Below are positions 20,681 to 31,995 of a stretch of 64,000 nt of DNA, in pieces. A model generated the notes under the pieces. The model was given only the letters and a program-made list of their open reading frames with translations. It did no database searches and was not told the DNA's origin. The first letter of the stretch is position 1. Every line of letters begins with the position of its first letter. Origin of the DNA: Hyaloraphidium curvatum SAG 235-1. Taxonomy: Eukaryota; Fungi; Monoblepharomycota. Both the position numbers and the translations under genes were made by a program. The stretch covers positions 310,001 through 374,000 of the forward strand of contig JAIVFI010000041.1 in NCBI GenBank assembly GCA_025558095.1, given 5' to 3'.

Positions 20681-22252
20681 ATGGACAGCAAGCACGCCTC
20701 CAGTTCAATTGACGACGCCCCCTCGGTCGCGCTGGGCCCCGCGGAATGGCTGCTCCTGCTCCCGGCGCCGCCGCAGCCGCCCGCCACGATGTCCGGCGCG
20801 GCGCCGCCGCCGGATCCCGCGGCGGGACTCCGCGTCGCGTCGCCCCTCACCTTGAGCGCATTCGTCTCTGCGCTCGCCGAGAAGTCGCCCGCGCTGGCCC
20901 GCTCCGTGCTCGTGCAGACGGCTTTGGAGCCCTCCGCGACGCGGCCGCTCCTCCGCTACCTCATCCTCTGGGTTTCTTTCGTGCCGCTCCTCGTCCCGGC
21001 GTGGATGTTCAACGACGGCCGCTTCGGCTCGCGGCAGCTCGCGGTCGGCACCGCCACACTCACCGTCGGCTTCTTTGGCGCGACGCTGTTCATCGGGCTG
21101 TTCGCGGCATACCGCGCCTCGCTGGCCGCCCTGGGCGCGGTCGGCGGTAAAGCCGGGCACCAGGGCGCAAAGGACCGCGAGTATTCCTCGCACGGCGCCG
21201 CGGGCCTCGCGAGGTGGATCCAGTACTGTTCTGGCGCCCTCGGCCCGAGGACCGGCCGCCTGCTGGAGCACGACGCCAAAGATTCCCTCTGCCCCTGCCC
21301 GAATCCGAGCTGCGCCGGGAACCTCGCCCGCCGTGCGGGCACCCTGAGGATCCTCGAGGCCGCCTTCAAGCTCTCCACCGTCGCGTTCGCGGCCTTCTGC
21401 TTCTACTGGACGCCCCTCGCCTCCGCGGGGATCGCGCAGCGCACCTGGACCGAGCCGTGGTCGACACCCTTCGCGGCTCTGGCCGTGCTGGGCCTCGTCG
21501 TGCTTTCCGTCCCGATCGGCCTGGTCCGGTTCTCCACCAACCTTGCGCTGCTGGACCTCTCCCGGCGCGTCGGCCTGCGCGCCGTGCGGATCTCCCTGGG
21601 CGAGATGCTCGCTCGTTACCGGTCGCTGGGCGACCCCGTGCCTTTGGAAACCGACGACCCCGCGGCGCCCGACTTCGCAGCTCCCGCCCCCGCAAGTCCC
21701 AACATCCGCCCGGGCAGCGTCTACCTCGACATGCACATCCTCTTCACCTCCGCCTGGCGCCGGCGCATCCTCTTTTTCGGCGCCTCGCTCCCCCACATCC
21801 TCGCCGCCACCTTCCAGGTCGCCATGGCGACGATCAACGCGGCGGCGTGCTCCTGCATCCCCGCCGTCTACCTGATCTACCTCTGCTACACCCTCTCGGT
21901 CAACCTCGTCGATCTGGTCAACGTGGCGGCGGCAAACTCGCAGATCGAGGCCGTGAGGGGGCTGTACCTCGACGCCCTCCTCGAGCTCCGCTCCCTCCTC
22001 CGCCGCGCCGCCCTGTCCCCCTCCCTCGAGGACGCCGCGCTGCTCCGCGCCGCATCCGCCGACGCCGACGTGCTCGCCAGCCTGGTCGAGGTCGACAGGT
22101 ACCGCGCGCGGTTCCTGGGGTTCGCCGTGACCTTCGGCATGGTGCGGACGCTGGGGATCACCATGGTCACGCTGGGGGTGGCGATGTGGTCCGTGCTGAG
22201 GGGACTGGGGGTGTGGGTGACGATGGAGAACGTGTGCACGGTGGGGCCGTGA
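20681..22252 (+). CDS. GR-like 7TM family copy 3 (intact, intronless)
   Basis: Seven hydrophobic segments; PAEWLLLLP, DGRFGSRQL, HDAKDSLCPCPNPSC, SCIP, VAAANSQI, ARFLGFAVTFGMVRT...MWSVLRGLG..C. Confidence 0.85.
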   Translation: MDSKHASSSIDDAPSVALGPAEWLLLLPAPPQPPATMSGAAPPPDPAAGLRVASPLTLSAFVSALAEKSPALARSVLVQTALEPSATRPLLRYLILWVSFVPLLVPAWMFNDGRFGSRQLAVGTATLTVGFFGATLFIGLFAAYRASLAALGAVGGKAGHQGAKDREYSSHGAAGLARWIQYCSGALGPRTGRLLEHDAKDSLCPCPNPSCAGNLARRAGTLRILEAAFKLSTVAFAAFCFYWTPLASAGIAQRTWTEPWSTPFAALAVLGLVVLSVPIGLVRFSTNLALLDLSRRVGLRAVRISLGEMLARYRSLGDPVPLETDDPAAPDFAAPAPASPNIRPGSVYLDMHILFTSAWRRRILFFGASLPHILAATFQVAMATINAAACSCIPAVYLIYLCYTLSVNLVDLVNVAAANSQIEAVRGLYLDALLELRSLLRRAALSPSLEDAALLRAASADADVLASLVEVDRYRARFLGFAVTFGMVRTLGITMVTLGVAMWSVLRGLGVWVTMENVCTVGP

Positions 22253-22536
22253 GGATTGACGTGGCGGGAAATTGACAACGAGGGGGGGATTGCAAGCGCG
22301 GGCATCCGTTCATGGAGCATCAAGGAATGATGCAATTGATATCGACGGAGCTGTGCGGGATTAAGATTTGCTTGATGCGTCTTTCACCTTCCCGTCCGTC
22401 CGGGACGGATTTTCGACAGGCTACGTCACCTCGAGGGACGTGAATGGTACGCGCCCTGCACCGTCACCGATCGCCGGTCCACACACACACCTTGACCGCA
22501 CACCTCCGCACTCCATCGCCCTAAAGCACCGCCAAA

Positions 22537-23283
22537 ATGAAAGCCCTCGTCTGGCACACCGTCCGCGACGTCCGCATCGACGACGTCCCCGACCCCAAGA
22601 TCGAGCAGCCCACCGACGCCGTCGTCCGGCTCACGGCCTCCGCCATCTGCGGCACCTATCTGCATATGGCCCGCGGCACGTTCCCGGGGATGGTGCCCGG
22701 AACGATCCTGGGCCATGAGGGCGTGGGCATCGTCGAGGAGGTCGTTGCGGACGTGCGCAACTTTGAGAAGGGGGACAGGGTGGTGATCTGCTCGACCATA
22801 TGCTGGTGAGCATGCCTCTGAGCCTTCCGACGGGCAACAAGCTGAGCCTTTTACCAGCGGGACGTGCGAGCCCTGCCGCCGCGGCAGCACCGCGCAGTGC
22901 GACGGCGCCAATACCAACGGCCCGCACGCCGGCACCTCGTTCTTCGGCGGCCCAAAGACCACCGGCCCCGTGAATGGGCTGCAGGCCGAGCACCCCGCAT
23001 CCCGCACGCGGCTGCGACCATGGTCCGGCTGCCCGAGGGGGTGTCGGACGAGCAGGGGATCCTGATTTCGGACGTGTTTCCCACTGGCTGGTTCGGTGCC
23101 GAGCTCGCCGAGGTTGGGAGGGGCGACGCGGTGGTCGTCTTTGGCTGCGGCGCCGTCGGCCTGTTCACGATCGCCAGCGCGGTGCTGATGGGCGCCGGGA
23201 GGGTGATCGCGGTCGACAAGTTCCCCGACCGACATAGAGGTTTCCTCGAGGACGAAATGCGCACTCCGCTCCTAGCGCGCTGA
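22537..23283 (+). pseudogene. Zn-dependent alcohol/formaldehyde dehydrogenase, frameshifted and truncated
   Basis: ICGT.LH, LGHEG.G, C-G-C-C-C structural zinc cluster across an intron near 22806-22857, 1-bp frameshift at QAE-.RIP (~22992), GCGAVG, ends shortly after DKFPDR. Confidence 0.8.
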
Positions 23284-23351
23284 AACCTCTCAAAACCAAC
23301 ATCGACACCGGCCTGCGATTCGGCCCGCTTCACCTCCTTCTCTCCTTCGAG

Positions 23352-23990
23352 ATGGCCGCCCTCGTCCCCGCCGACATTGCGCCCGTGCTGAACCGCGTGG
23401 CCACCGCGCTCCGCACCCGCGGCGACACCATCGCTGTTGCCGAGTCTTCCGCGGGCGGGCTCCTCTCGGCCTACCTCCTCTCGGTCCCCGGCGCCAGCGC
23501 GTACTACGCCGGCGGCGCGGTGCTCTACTCTCTCGCGTCGCGCAAAGCCTGGGTTGGGTGGACCGACGACGACGTCAAGGCGTATGTTGGGCCGACAGTC
23601 GACGGGGCCCGTGGAATCGCAAAGGCCGCGATGGAGAAGCTGAACGCGACTTGGGGGATCGGCGAGGCCGGGGTGGCGGGGCCGGCGAAGCAGTACAAGT
23701 CCGGGCTCCGGGACGCCGGTATGACTTCGGCGGGCGGACTGCGGGGCCGGCTGTTGCTGAGTGTCTCCCATGGCAGGCTACGCGTGCTTCTCCGTCGTGG
23801 GACCCGTCGAGAAGGTGCCAGCGCGCCGGTGGATATGGCTCGTAGCGCGTAGCTGACGCTCCGTTGCCAGGGAGCCGAGTACGAGTCCAAGGTCAACGAC
23901 CGCGCGGAGAACATGGTCCTGTTCGCCAAGCGGGCCTTGGAGCTTCTCGACGAGGCCCTGACAGCCGCGCCGAAGAAAGTTCTTGCTTGA
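23352..23990 (+). CDS. CinA C-terminal domain protein (NMN deamidase, PncC-like)
   Basis: IAVAESSAGGLL, VPGAS.YY.GG.V.Y, GVAGP; two short introns give a C-terminus DRAENMVLFAKRALELL. Confidence 0.85.
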
Positions 23991-24060
23991 AGACAAGGAA
24001 CAGCGGGCGGAGACTCGAGACTCGATTGTACCGCCGGAAAGATACATAGCAGTTTGCGCC

Positions 24061-24853
24061 TCACTTGCCGAGAAGCTTGCCAATCAGCACCACGGGCCAG
24101 TTGAAGGGGTTGTACTTTGTCAGCGCGCCGTAGAACCCGTTGAACCTTTCGCTTCCCAGCAGCCCCTCAAAGATAAGGAGGTAGGCCGAGATGTTGCACA
24201 AAAAGAAGCTCGTGGACCGCAGAATGTCGAGGTTCTGCAGGTAAAACCCGTAGTAGAGCGTGCGGAAGGCGAAATAGTTGGTGGCGTGCGCGATCTGCCT
24301 CTCGAGCGGGACGCCGAGCGCGTGGCCGGTGAACGCGGCGGCCAGGAGCAGGGGGAAGCCTTCGGTGAGGTTGGAGTTCGCCGCGAGAGCGCGTGCGGCG
24401 CGGGCATCGGTGATTTCGCCGGCGGCGATCTGGGCGCGCGGTGCCTTGTTGTCGTAGCCCTTGACCATCTTCCCCGGGCCGGCGCGCATCATGACGGCGC
24501 CATGGGTCGAGATGGAGTACTAGACGACAGTCGTCAGTAAGGAGAGATTGGCCGAAACAACGTCTAGTTCTCACCGTGAGCAGCGCCTGTGCCGCGAGAG
24601 CCACGAAAGGCACCTTCTTCTCCTCCCCGCCGGCGACGGCCTTGAACACGCGCTCCAGTCCCACAACGCGCGTGAAGACGTTATTGGTCTCGACGAAGTT
24701 GACGACCAGGAGTCCAGCCACGTACAGCCTGCGGGATTTGAGATTCCATGGTCGGGAGACGACAAGGGCGGGGGACACGCACTGCGCGATGACACCGCCC
24801 AGGGCGGTGAAGCCGGCGTCGACGATGGGGAGATCGGCCTTTTCCGACGACAT
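24061..24853 (-). CDS. MAPEG family membrane protein
   Basis: GYDNKAPR, RALAANSNLTEGFPLLLAA, FRTLY; two exons with an intron near 24574-24522. Confidence 0.75.
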
Positions 24854-24919
24854 GTTGGAGCGGGCGGAGGGAGATTCGCTGGAGATGCGGGAGGGAGATG
24901 CGGATCGGGGTTTTGGATC

Positions 24920-25188
24920 GCCAGCGGCTTACAGCGGCCCTGGTGCGCGGCACGGAACCCATATTCCGACGCTGGGTCAATCTTTGTGTTCGCGGCAACG
25001 GCGGCGGCTCTGCTGGAGGTTCTTCGGACGGCCAGGATTCAGGATCGGGGTCGCTGCAGGGGGCGTCCACGGCGGCTGGGAGGGCGGCCGGTGAGGTAAG
25101 TCGTCGGGTGGAGGGCACGGCTCAGTGGCTCTACGAGATGGACGGGTAAATTTCGGGGGGCAGGGCTTCGCTTTTCGTGTATATTGTC
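24920..25188. repeat. ~270 bp dispersed repeat, inverted copy at ~58295-58562
   Basis: Near-identical reverse-complement match; both copies translate to ..RWVNLCVRGNGGGS.GGSSDGQ.SGSGSLQGAST.AGRAAGEVS.RVEGTAQWLYEM. Confidence 0.9.
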
Positions 25189-25532
25189 TTTCTGGTCGCC
25201 CGCACACGATCCCGCTCGCAGCTCCCTCCCTCCGCGACTGCGAAGCGCCTAGCGGCGCCACGAAGGCAGTCGTGCCGATCCCCCCGCACGTGGGACGACG
25301 GACAGCCGGCCTCGCCGCCGCCGCTGGAGAAAACACGAAAGAAGGCTATGATCCGCCTGTGAATTCAGTGGGGATGGATCGTGGCATAGCCGATCAGGGC
25401 GCGCATCCGCGGCCGCCGCCGAGGCCGGAAGCCAGATGAAATCCAAGAGTCGATATCCGGCTGCAACCTGGGAAGAAACTAAAGCATAACAGACAACCAG
25501 TTTCGACATGATTCCACGAAAACTACATCAGA

Positions 25533-27146
25533 CTACGCCCTCTTCTTGACCGTGATCTCCAGCTCGCCCTCCTTGGGCGCCATGGTCAAGAACAGCTTCG
25601 TCTCCAAAGGCCTCCTCATTTCTGCCAGCTCCCTGTCCATGAGCCTGAGCTCGAACCTGCGGAACAGGTTCCCCAGCAGCATCTTCATCTCCATGACCGC
25701 CAGCCCCGACCCGATGCAGTTGTGCGGGCCGCGCGAGAAGGGCAGCCAGTTCCACTTGACGTCGGCCTCTTTGATGCCCATCCATCGCTCGGGGAGGAAG
25801 CTCGCGGGGTCGTCGAACACGGAGGGGTCGCGCGAGGCGGGTCCGTTTAGGCCCTCGATGCTCACCCCGGCGGGGATGACGATGCCCGTCACGGGGTGGA
25901 CAAAGTCCTGGGGGACGACGCGGCGGGTGATGCCGAAGGTGGTCGGGTTCACGCGGAAGGACTCGTGGATCACGGCGTCGAGGTAGGGGAGGTCCTTGAG
26001 CACCGAGTGCGGGAGGAGGTCCGTGGGGGAGAGCTTGCTGTCCTCGGCGGCGCGGTCGAGCTCGGCGACGAGCTTGGTGACGACGACCGGGTGGGTGAGG
26101 AGGTTGTAGGTGGTAAAGGAAAGCTGGTGCGCCGTTGTTTCGTCGCCGGCGACGATCAGCAGCACTGCGAAACAGGGATGGTGAGATGCGACGATGGAAA
26201 GGGCACAGAAGCTGACACGCACGGCAATTGTTGGCAATTTCCTTGTCCGTCAGACGCTCGCCCGTCTCCGAGTCGACCGACTCGATCATGCGCTGGAGCA
26301 GGTCGTCTCGGCTCTGGGACTTTCCAGACCGGCGATTCTTGACGATGTTCATCGCGTACTCCTCGAGCGCGGGAGCTGCTTTCTCTCCTTCGCGGATCAT
26401 GGGCACCACGGTAGCCAAAGCCAGCGCGAAGGGCCGTCCGAAAGTCATGCTGAAAACGCGGGCCCTGAAAGAGACCTGTCAGGACGGGCTTCGCGAAGAA
26501 GTGAGGTGCTGACGACCCACTTGACCATCTTCTCCGAGAGTTCGAGCACGTCCGAGTGCCCCGTCTTGACGAGGCCCCAGCGGTCCCCGAAAGCGACCTC
26601 GCCAATGATTTCCCCGGTGAACAGGCCGAAAAGCTTCAGGAAGTCAGCCGAGTTGCCGCTCTTGGCCATGCCATTGAGGCGCTCCAGAAAAGCAGTGACG
26701 ACCGAGGCGATGATGGGCTCCGTGGCGTTGAGCGACTTGATGGAGAAAGCGGGGGACAGCTTCCGCCTCATTGTCTTGTGGGCATCATGGTCAACGAGCG
26801 AGAAAAGGTTCCGCGAGCCGTCCTCGGGGTTGCCCATGTACGTTTTGGGGTCCTTGGGCCAGCCGTTGGCCGTCGCCAACGCCGCAGAAAGCACGACGGG
26901 GTCGGCGCAGGCCACCATGGTCGGGAAGGACCTAACCAGAGGCCCGTACTTTCGGATGAGGTTCGAGGTGTACTGCGCGCGCCTGCCGCGCAGCATCTCC
27001 GGCAGGAATTTGAACAGCGAGAGCAGCCCTGAGCGCGTGTAGAGCGGCCCGGGGAGGTGCACGAGCGGGCCGAAAAAGAAGGTCCACAGCTCCCGTGCGA
27101 GGACGAGGCCGACGAGGGCGAGAGCGAGAGTGGAAAAGAGCTCCAT
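25533..27146 (-). CDS. Cytochrome P450
   Basis: N-terminal anchor plus PGP, AGDETT (I-helix), ESFR (ExxR), PERW, FSRGPHNCIG heme motif; at least two introns. Confidence 0.95.
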
Positions 27147-27392
27147 GGCGTGGCCGGGCGCCGCCTGGACGCCGCAGAGACGGGGCGATGGGCGAGTGAG
27201 TTTGCCAGCTGACGGTGCTACCCAAGCGCTACCGCGTTTCCTCGGGATGTCGGGCGGGGTCGCCGGAACCACCTATTCATCCGAGTCGCACCTAGATGCA
27301 AGCAGGACGAGTAAGATACACAGCAAGAGGGCACAGAATACATCGATTCGGGACTACTCCGATGGCCACTGCACCACGGCGGCCGCCAGCAC

Positions 27393-30095
27393 TCAATAAT
27401 TAGCAAAGTTGAAGTGCTGCACTGCAGAAGCCATCCCCATCGGGGTTACAGGAAGCGCCAACCCCTGCGCCTCGATCTCGTCCAGGTATTCCTGCAGCGC
27501 CGCCTTGAACTCCTCTCCAGCCTGCGCTGCCTGCGATACCAGTGTCGAAGCAATGTACCGCGCGGCCGGCACCTCCCTTAACGCACACTTGAACAGCTCC
27601 AGGACCTCGTCCTGCTTCTCGGCAGGCGGCGGCACGGAGGGGATTGCGACGGGAAGTACCTCGAACGGATCCACCCGGTCCGCATTGGCCTCGATCACGC
27701 GCCTGGCAAGGGCCAGGAGGCCCTGCCTCACGCACAGCTTGAGGAGCAACGACGCGGCGGCGAGGTCGTTGGCGACGAGGAACTCGAGCATGTCCGGCGA
27801 TATCTCCTCCCCGGACAGCCCCAGAGAAGACGTAACGCGGGTCCGGACGCCACGCGCCACGAGCGACCGAGCCAGCTGCGGTGCACGGGCGGGGTCGTGA
27901 TGAGCGCCGGACGGGGGTTGCTCCGCGCGAGGACCCACCTCCACGTTGCCCTTGACCACGGCGTCCTGGAGGTCCCATTCTAACAGCGACGTCCCGACCG
28001 ACCTGGGCAGCGTCACCTCGTACTCCGAGCCCGGCCCCAAGTAGGGCCTCAGGATTCCCTTGGCGCACCCCGCGAGCGTCCCCAGGCCGGTCCCGGCCCA
28101 CAGCCGCAGCAGCATCGACCTGCCGTCCGCCGTGCTCCACAGATCCGAGCGCGCCGCGAGCAGCTGCGCCGCCACGGGGTGCGCCTCGGGGCCGGGGGCC
28201 GCGACGTAGTGGGTGCAGGTAAGGAGCATCGCGAGCGCGTACTCCAGCTCCTTCGCGGGGATGGGGATCAGCCGGATCGCGAGGGCGTGTGAGGCAGCCA
28301 GGGAGTCGTCGAGGAGGAGAGGGATCTGCAAAGAGATGATCAGCACGGGCACGATGGGAACGACGGCCAGACCACAGACCAGCTTCTGGGGAGAAAGCAC
28401 GATCCCCTTCGCCACCAATCTCTCCGCCTTGGCCTCGTCCCCCTCCGTCAGCGCCGCCAGCAGATCCATGGGTCCCTCCTCGGCCGGCCCCGCGTACCCC
28501 CTGAGCAGGTTGTACAGCGCCAGCCTGTTCTCGGCCCTAGCCATGGACCACTTGAGCGACGCCCGTCCGGCGAGGGTCGACCACCGGTCCCTGGTCTCGT
28601 GCTCGTGCAGCAGGAGCATGCGAAGCATCTCCGCATCGCCGGCGGCCACGGCGGCGCCGACGGCGTCCCCTCCGGCGGAGAGGCCCGCGGGGACGAACTG
28701 GTGGAACGCAGAAAGCAGCCGCTCCACCGCGGCGCCGCTGAGCGCGGGCGAAGGGCGCGGAAGGAGCGGGCCGAGGAGGTCGCGGGCGGGGGGGAAGCCG
28801 AGGAGCCATTCGAGGCAGGTTTCGGGGTCCGGGTCGGCGCGGCCTTGCGGGGGTGGGGCTGGGGGAGGAATCACTGGCGGGGGTGGGGGCGGCATGGCGC
28901 CGTAGAAGGCTCCGAGGGCGCCGTCCATGGTGAACGACCCGTGGTCCGAGCCGAGCTCCGAAGGGTGTCCCAGGTGCGCATCGCCGTACCACTCTTCCGG
29001 ATCCGGTCCTCCGAACGGAAAATACGGCGGAATGTTCTGCCTGATCTGCCTCGGCCTCGGGAATTCCTCTTCGTCCCGGTCCAGGTCGTCGAGAGAGGGA
29101 TCCCACAGGCCCATTTTGCGCGCCGTGTCCCAGAACCAACCCCGGCGGTACTGATCGGGGGAGGTGGCCACGCCGAGATCAAGCAACCGCCGGACACCCG
29201 CGCGGTCGTGCTTCGAGATCAGGCGGAGGAGGAGGGCGTAGTTCGCGTCGAGCCCGTGCACCACCACGTCCTCGGAGACGGCCCACTGCCCCGCTCCGAC
29301 ATCACGGTATGTGTCCCAACCCTTGTGCACCGTCCTCGAGGCCTCGGATTTCGCGCCGGGCCCGGAGATGGCCGGGACGCCGTACCTTTGCTGCAGCGTC
29401 CTCATCGCAGTGAAGGCAGGGTCCGCTTCCACTGCCCATCCGCCCCGCACGCCCTCCTGGACGAGGTACGCGGGAGGAAGAAGGCTCTGCGTGGCGAGGG
29501 CGCGGAAGAGCTCGTCGTCGGCCATGACGCGGACTGGGGCGGGAAGGTCCCTTTGTCCCGGGGCCGGAGGGTAGGCTTCCGCGAGGAACGCAGCCACGGC
29601 AGGCTGGAGATCGAAGCGTCCGGCGTAGACGAGCCGCCTCAGGAGCCGCTGCAGCTGGTAGCGAGGCACCGTGCCCGCCCGCCACGCCACGGCCAGGAAC
29701 AGCTTGGGCGAGGCCAGCTTCAGGTAGGCGCCGAAGCCCTGGACGGCCTCGTCCGCCCCAAAATTGCCCAAGAGAAATTCTGCGCGGGCGGCCTCGTCGT
29801 GGCCCATGGCGGCCAGCGACTTGCAGGTCCGGAACAGAATGCCCGCGTCCCACGCCGCGTGGCGCAAAGACGTCCGCGGACCGAGGAACCCGACCAGCCG
29901 CACGCGGAGCTCCGCCGGCAGTAAAAAGAGCGGCGACGCCTCCTGGGGGTCCGCATTCGACACGTCGAACGGGGGAGCGGGCTCCGCGTAGTCCGCGCAC
30001 GTGCGGCCGGCGCCCTGCGGCACGGCCGGGAGGCCCAGCGGGCCCTCGTCGTCGCCGCCGCCGTCGTCGTCCGAGTCCCACGGGTTGAAATCCAT
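27393..30095 (-). CDS. Large protein with F-box-like N-terminal motif and degenerate ankyrin-like helical repeats
   Basis: SPLFLLPAELRVRLVGFL; AVAAGDAEMLRMLL, ALTEGDEAKAERLVAKG, AVVKGNVE..LVARG; probable in-frame introns. Confidence 0.6.
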   Translation of the reverse strand: MDFNPWDSDDDGGGDDEGPLGLPAVPQGAGRTCADYAEPAPPFDVSNADPQEASPLFLLPAELRVRLVGFLGPRTSLRHAAWDAGILFRTCKSLAAMGHDEAARAEFLLGNFGADEAVQGFGAYLKLASPKLFLAVAWRAGTVPRYQLQRLLRRLVYAGRFDLQPAVAAFLAEAYPPAPGQRDLPAPVRVMADDELFRALATQSLLPPAYLVQEGVRGGWAVEADPAFTAMRTLQQRYGVPAISGPGAKSEASRTVHKGWDTYRDVGAGQWAVSEDVVVHGLDANYALLLRLISKHDRAGVRRLLDLGVATSPDQYRRGWFWDTARKMGLWDPSLDDLDRDEEEFPRPRQIRQNIPPYFPFGGPDPEEWYGDAHLGHPSELGSDHGSFTMDGALGAFYGAMPPPPPPVIPPPAPPPQGRADPDPETCLEWLLGFPPARDLLGPLLPRPSPALSGAAVERLLSAFHQFVPAGLSAGGDAVGAAVAAGDAEMLRMLLLHEHETRDRWSTLAGRASLKWSMARAENRLALYNLLRGYAGPAEEGPMDLLAALTEGDEAKAERLVAKGIVLSPQKLVCGLAVVPIVPVLIISLQIPLLLDDSLAASHALAIRLIPIPAKELEYALAMLLTCTHYVAAPGPEAHPVAAQLLAARSDLWSTADGRSMLLRLWAGTGLGTLAGCAKGILRPYLGPGSEYEVTLPRSVGTSLLEWDLQDAVVKGNVEVGPRAEQPPSGAHHDPARAPQLARSLVARGVRTRVTSSLGLSGEEISPDMLEFLVANDLAAASLLLKLCVRQGLLALARRVIEANADRVDPFEVLPVAIPSVPPPAEKQDEVLELFKCALREVPAARYIASTLVSQAAQAGEEFKAALQEYLDEIEAQGLALPVTPMGMASAVQHFNFANY

Positions 30096-30440
30096 GCCGT
30101 CGTAGCCGTCGGAGAAGGACTCGGGGCGGCGGCGTGAAGGTGGTCTCAACTTGGCTAGTCTCAATTGAAAGGAGCGCCTCCGCGTGCCCTGCCGAGGAGC
30201 CGATCCGGGGTCTATTCCACTGTGTTCCTCAAGAGATCAGCGGATGCAGACTCTTGCAGCATTGTCCGTAACAGAAAGGCTTCCTCTTTAGCTTCCCGAC
30301 CATGGTCCTTACTTCACTTCAGTGGGTGGACGGTAGGGCCACCACCGTCCGTGGCTTGAGGGCAGCTTTCTTCCTTCGGATCAGAGTACATCGGATCAGG
30401 TAGAGCACATCGGATCCCGTTCCGCAATCAATGCCCGTCG

Positions 30441-31086
30441 TCACTCCGTGCAGCTGTACACGTCGGCCCCAGGGTAGTTGATGAACGTGGAGCAGGTGCC
30501 GTGGCACAGACAGCCTTCGTTCGACGAAAACGAGATGAGGAGCTGCAGGTTCGGGCCGTTGGTCGAGGCCTTGCAGAAATCGTAGCAGTCCGAAGCCGAC
30601 GTCTTGAGGGTCAGGTTCTCTGCCTTGTCCGCTTCGCTGCAGACCTGATTGGCTGCCCGGCGCGGTGGAGCGCGCGGATCAGAGGAGGGTGCTTTCATGG
30701 CGGTCGAACCGTGCTCACCGTGGGAAATGGTGCAGATGTCGTTGAATCCGTACCGCCGGTATAGCGAGTGCGCGTCCCCGCGCGCGTACTGGACGCAGGC
30801 CACCTGGTCATCCGGCGCGCCGCTGTAGCCCACCTCGCTGTTGGGCGCTCGGGGTCAGCGCCACGAGCAGGGGTCCGGAAGCGGGCGCCGGGTCCGCCGC
30901 ACCAGAACGCTTCGGGCGCGCAGTCGCCGCAGCTGCGGGCAAAGAGGACCGTCGCGGGGCCCGCGGGCCTTGGAGGGGGACCGTCAGCATCGCGCGGGCA
31001 TGGAAACGATTTCAGAGGTCCAACCTGCCCGCGACGAGTGTGGAGCAGAAGAGCAGCACGAGGACCAGCGAGATCCTCGGGGGCAT
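30441..31086 (-). CDS. Small secreted cysteine-rich protein (multi-exon)
   Basis: Signal peptide MPPRISLVLVLLFCSTLVA; Cys-rich exons (SCGDC, DCYDFC, GCLCHGTC); exon structure uncertain. Confidence 0.5.
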
Positions 31087-31995
31087 GGTGGAGTCGAGAT
31101 TCGGCACACCGAGCGCGCGAAAGAGAGCTCGACTGCAGCTAGGGACGACGGGGAGTTGTTGCCCGCTCACTGTACCTGATGGTTGTGTCCTTGTCCCCGC
31201 CGGCGGTGCCCGCCTCCAGAGCAAAATGGGGGACCGACTCCTCGGGCTTGGGCGCAGCGGATCCGGGACATTCCCGTCGCGCTAAGCTCTAGATCCCGTG
31301 GAGTTGTTAATGCAGGGATAGGCGGTGCATCCGGTGCGCTCGCCGGCGGGCAGGTTTGCAACTGCTGTCCCTTTCGAGGGTCAAGTTGGGGCACCGCACC
31401 ATCGTGCCGCTTTCGTACAAGTCTGCGCTCCCAAGGCTGGCCATCACGCAGTTTAAGGCAGATACATTCGAAAGCGAATGAGACACATTAACGCGCTGCA
31501 CAACTCTCTCCTGAAAGCACTAATACCCAGACTTCTCGCCCCCGGCTGCTTCGCCTCTGCCCGAACAAATGTATCCGCGATGTTGAGTCCCAAACAACCA
31601 AGAAAGCTGACATGGCACCCGGCTGTCCATGCCCCGCGCAATCCACTTTCAAGGCACCTCCTTGGCAGCCGGCCGACGTGGAAGACTATGACGTAAGCCG
31701 ACGCAGAACCCGGCGGCTGGGGTGACCGGCCGGCCCGCGAATCCGGAGTGTGCTGCATCGGAGCATCCCGCTCGCAATCGCGTTAAGCCTTGCGGAATCC
31801 ACTTGTTGTCGTGGCCGAAGTGCGTCGGAAGGGATCCCGCCATGGAAATGGCACAGCAGATGCGCTGTTCCGCGGTGTCCTGAACTCGCGGCGTCGCAGA
31901 CATTGGCGCGCAGCAAGGCAACGACGCGCAGGAAGATCGTCCGGGCAGCCCTTTTTCTCGCCATTGGTTCGCGGTCCGTGGACCCTCAGCGTGGG

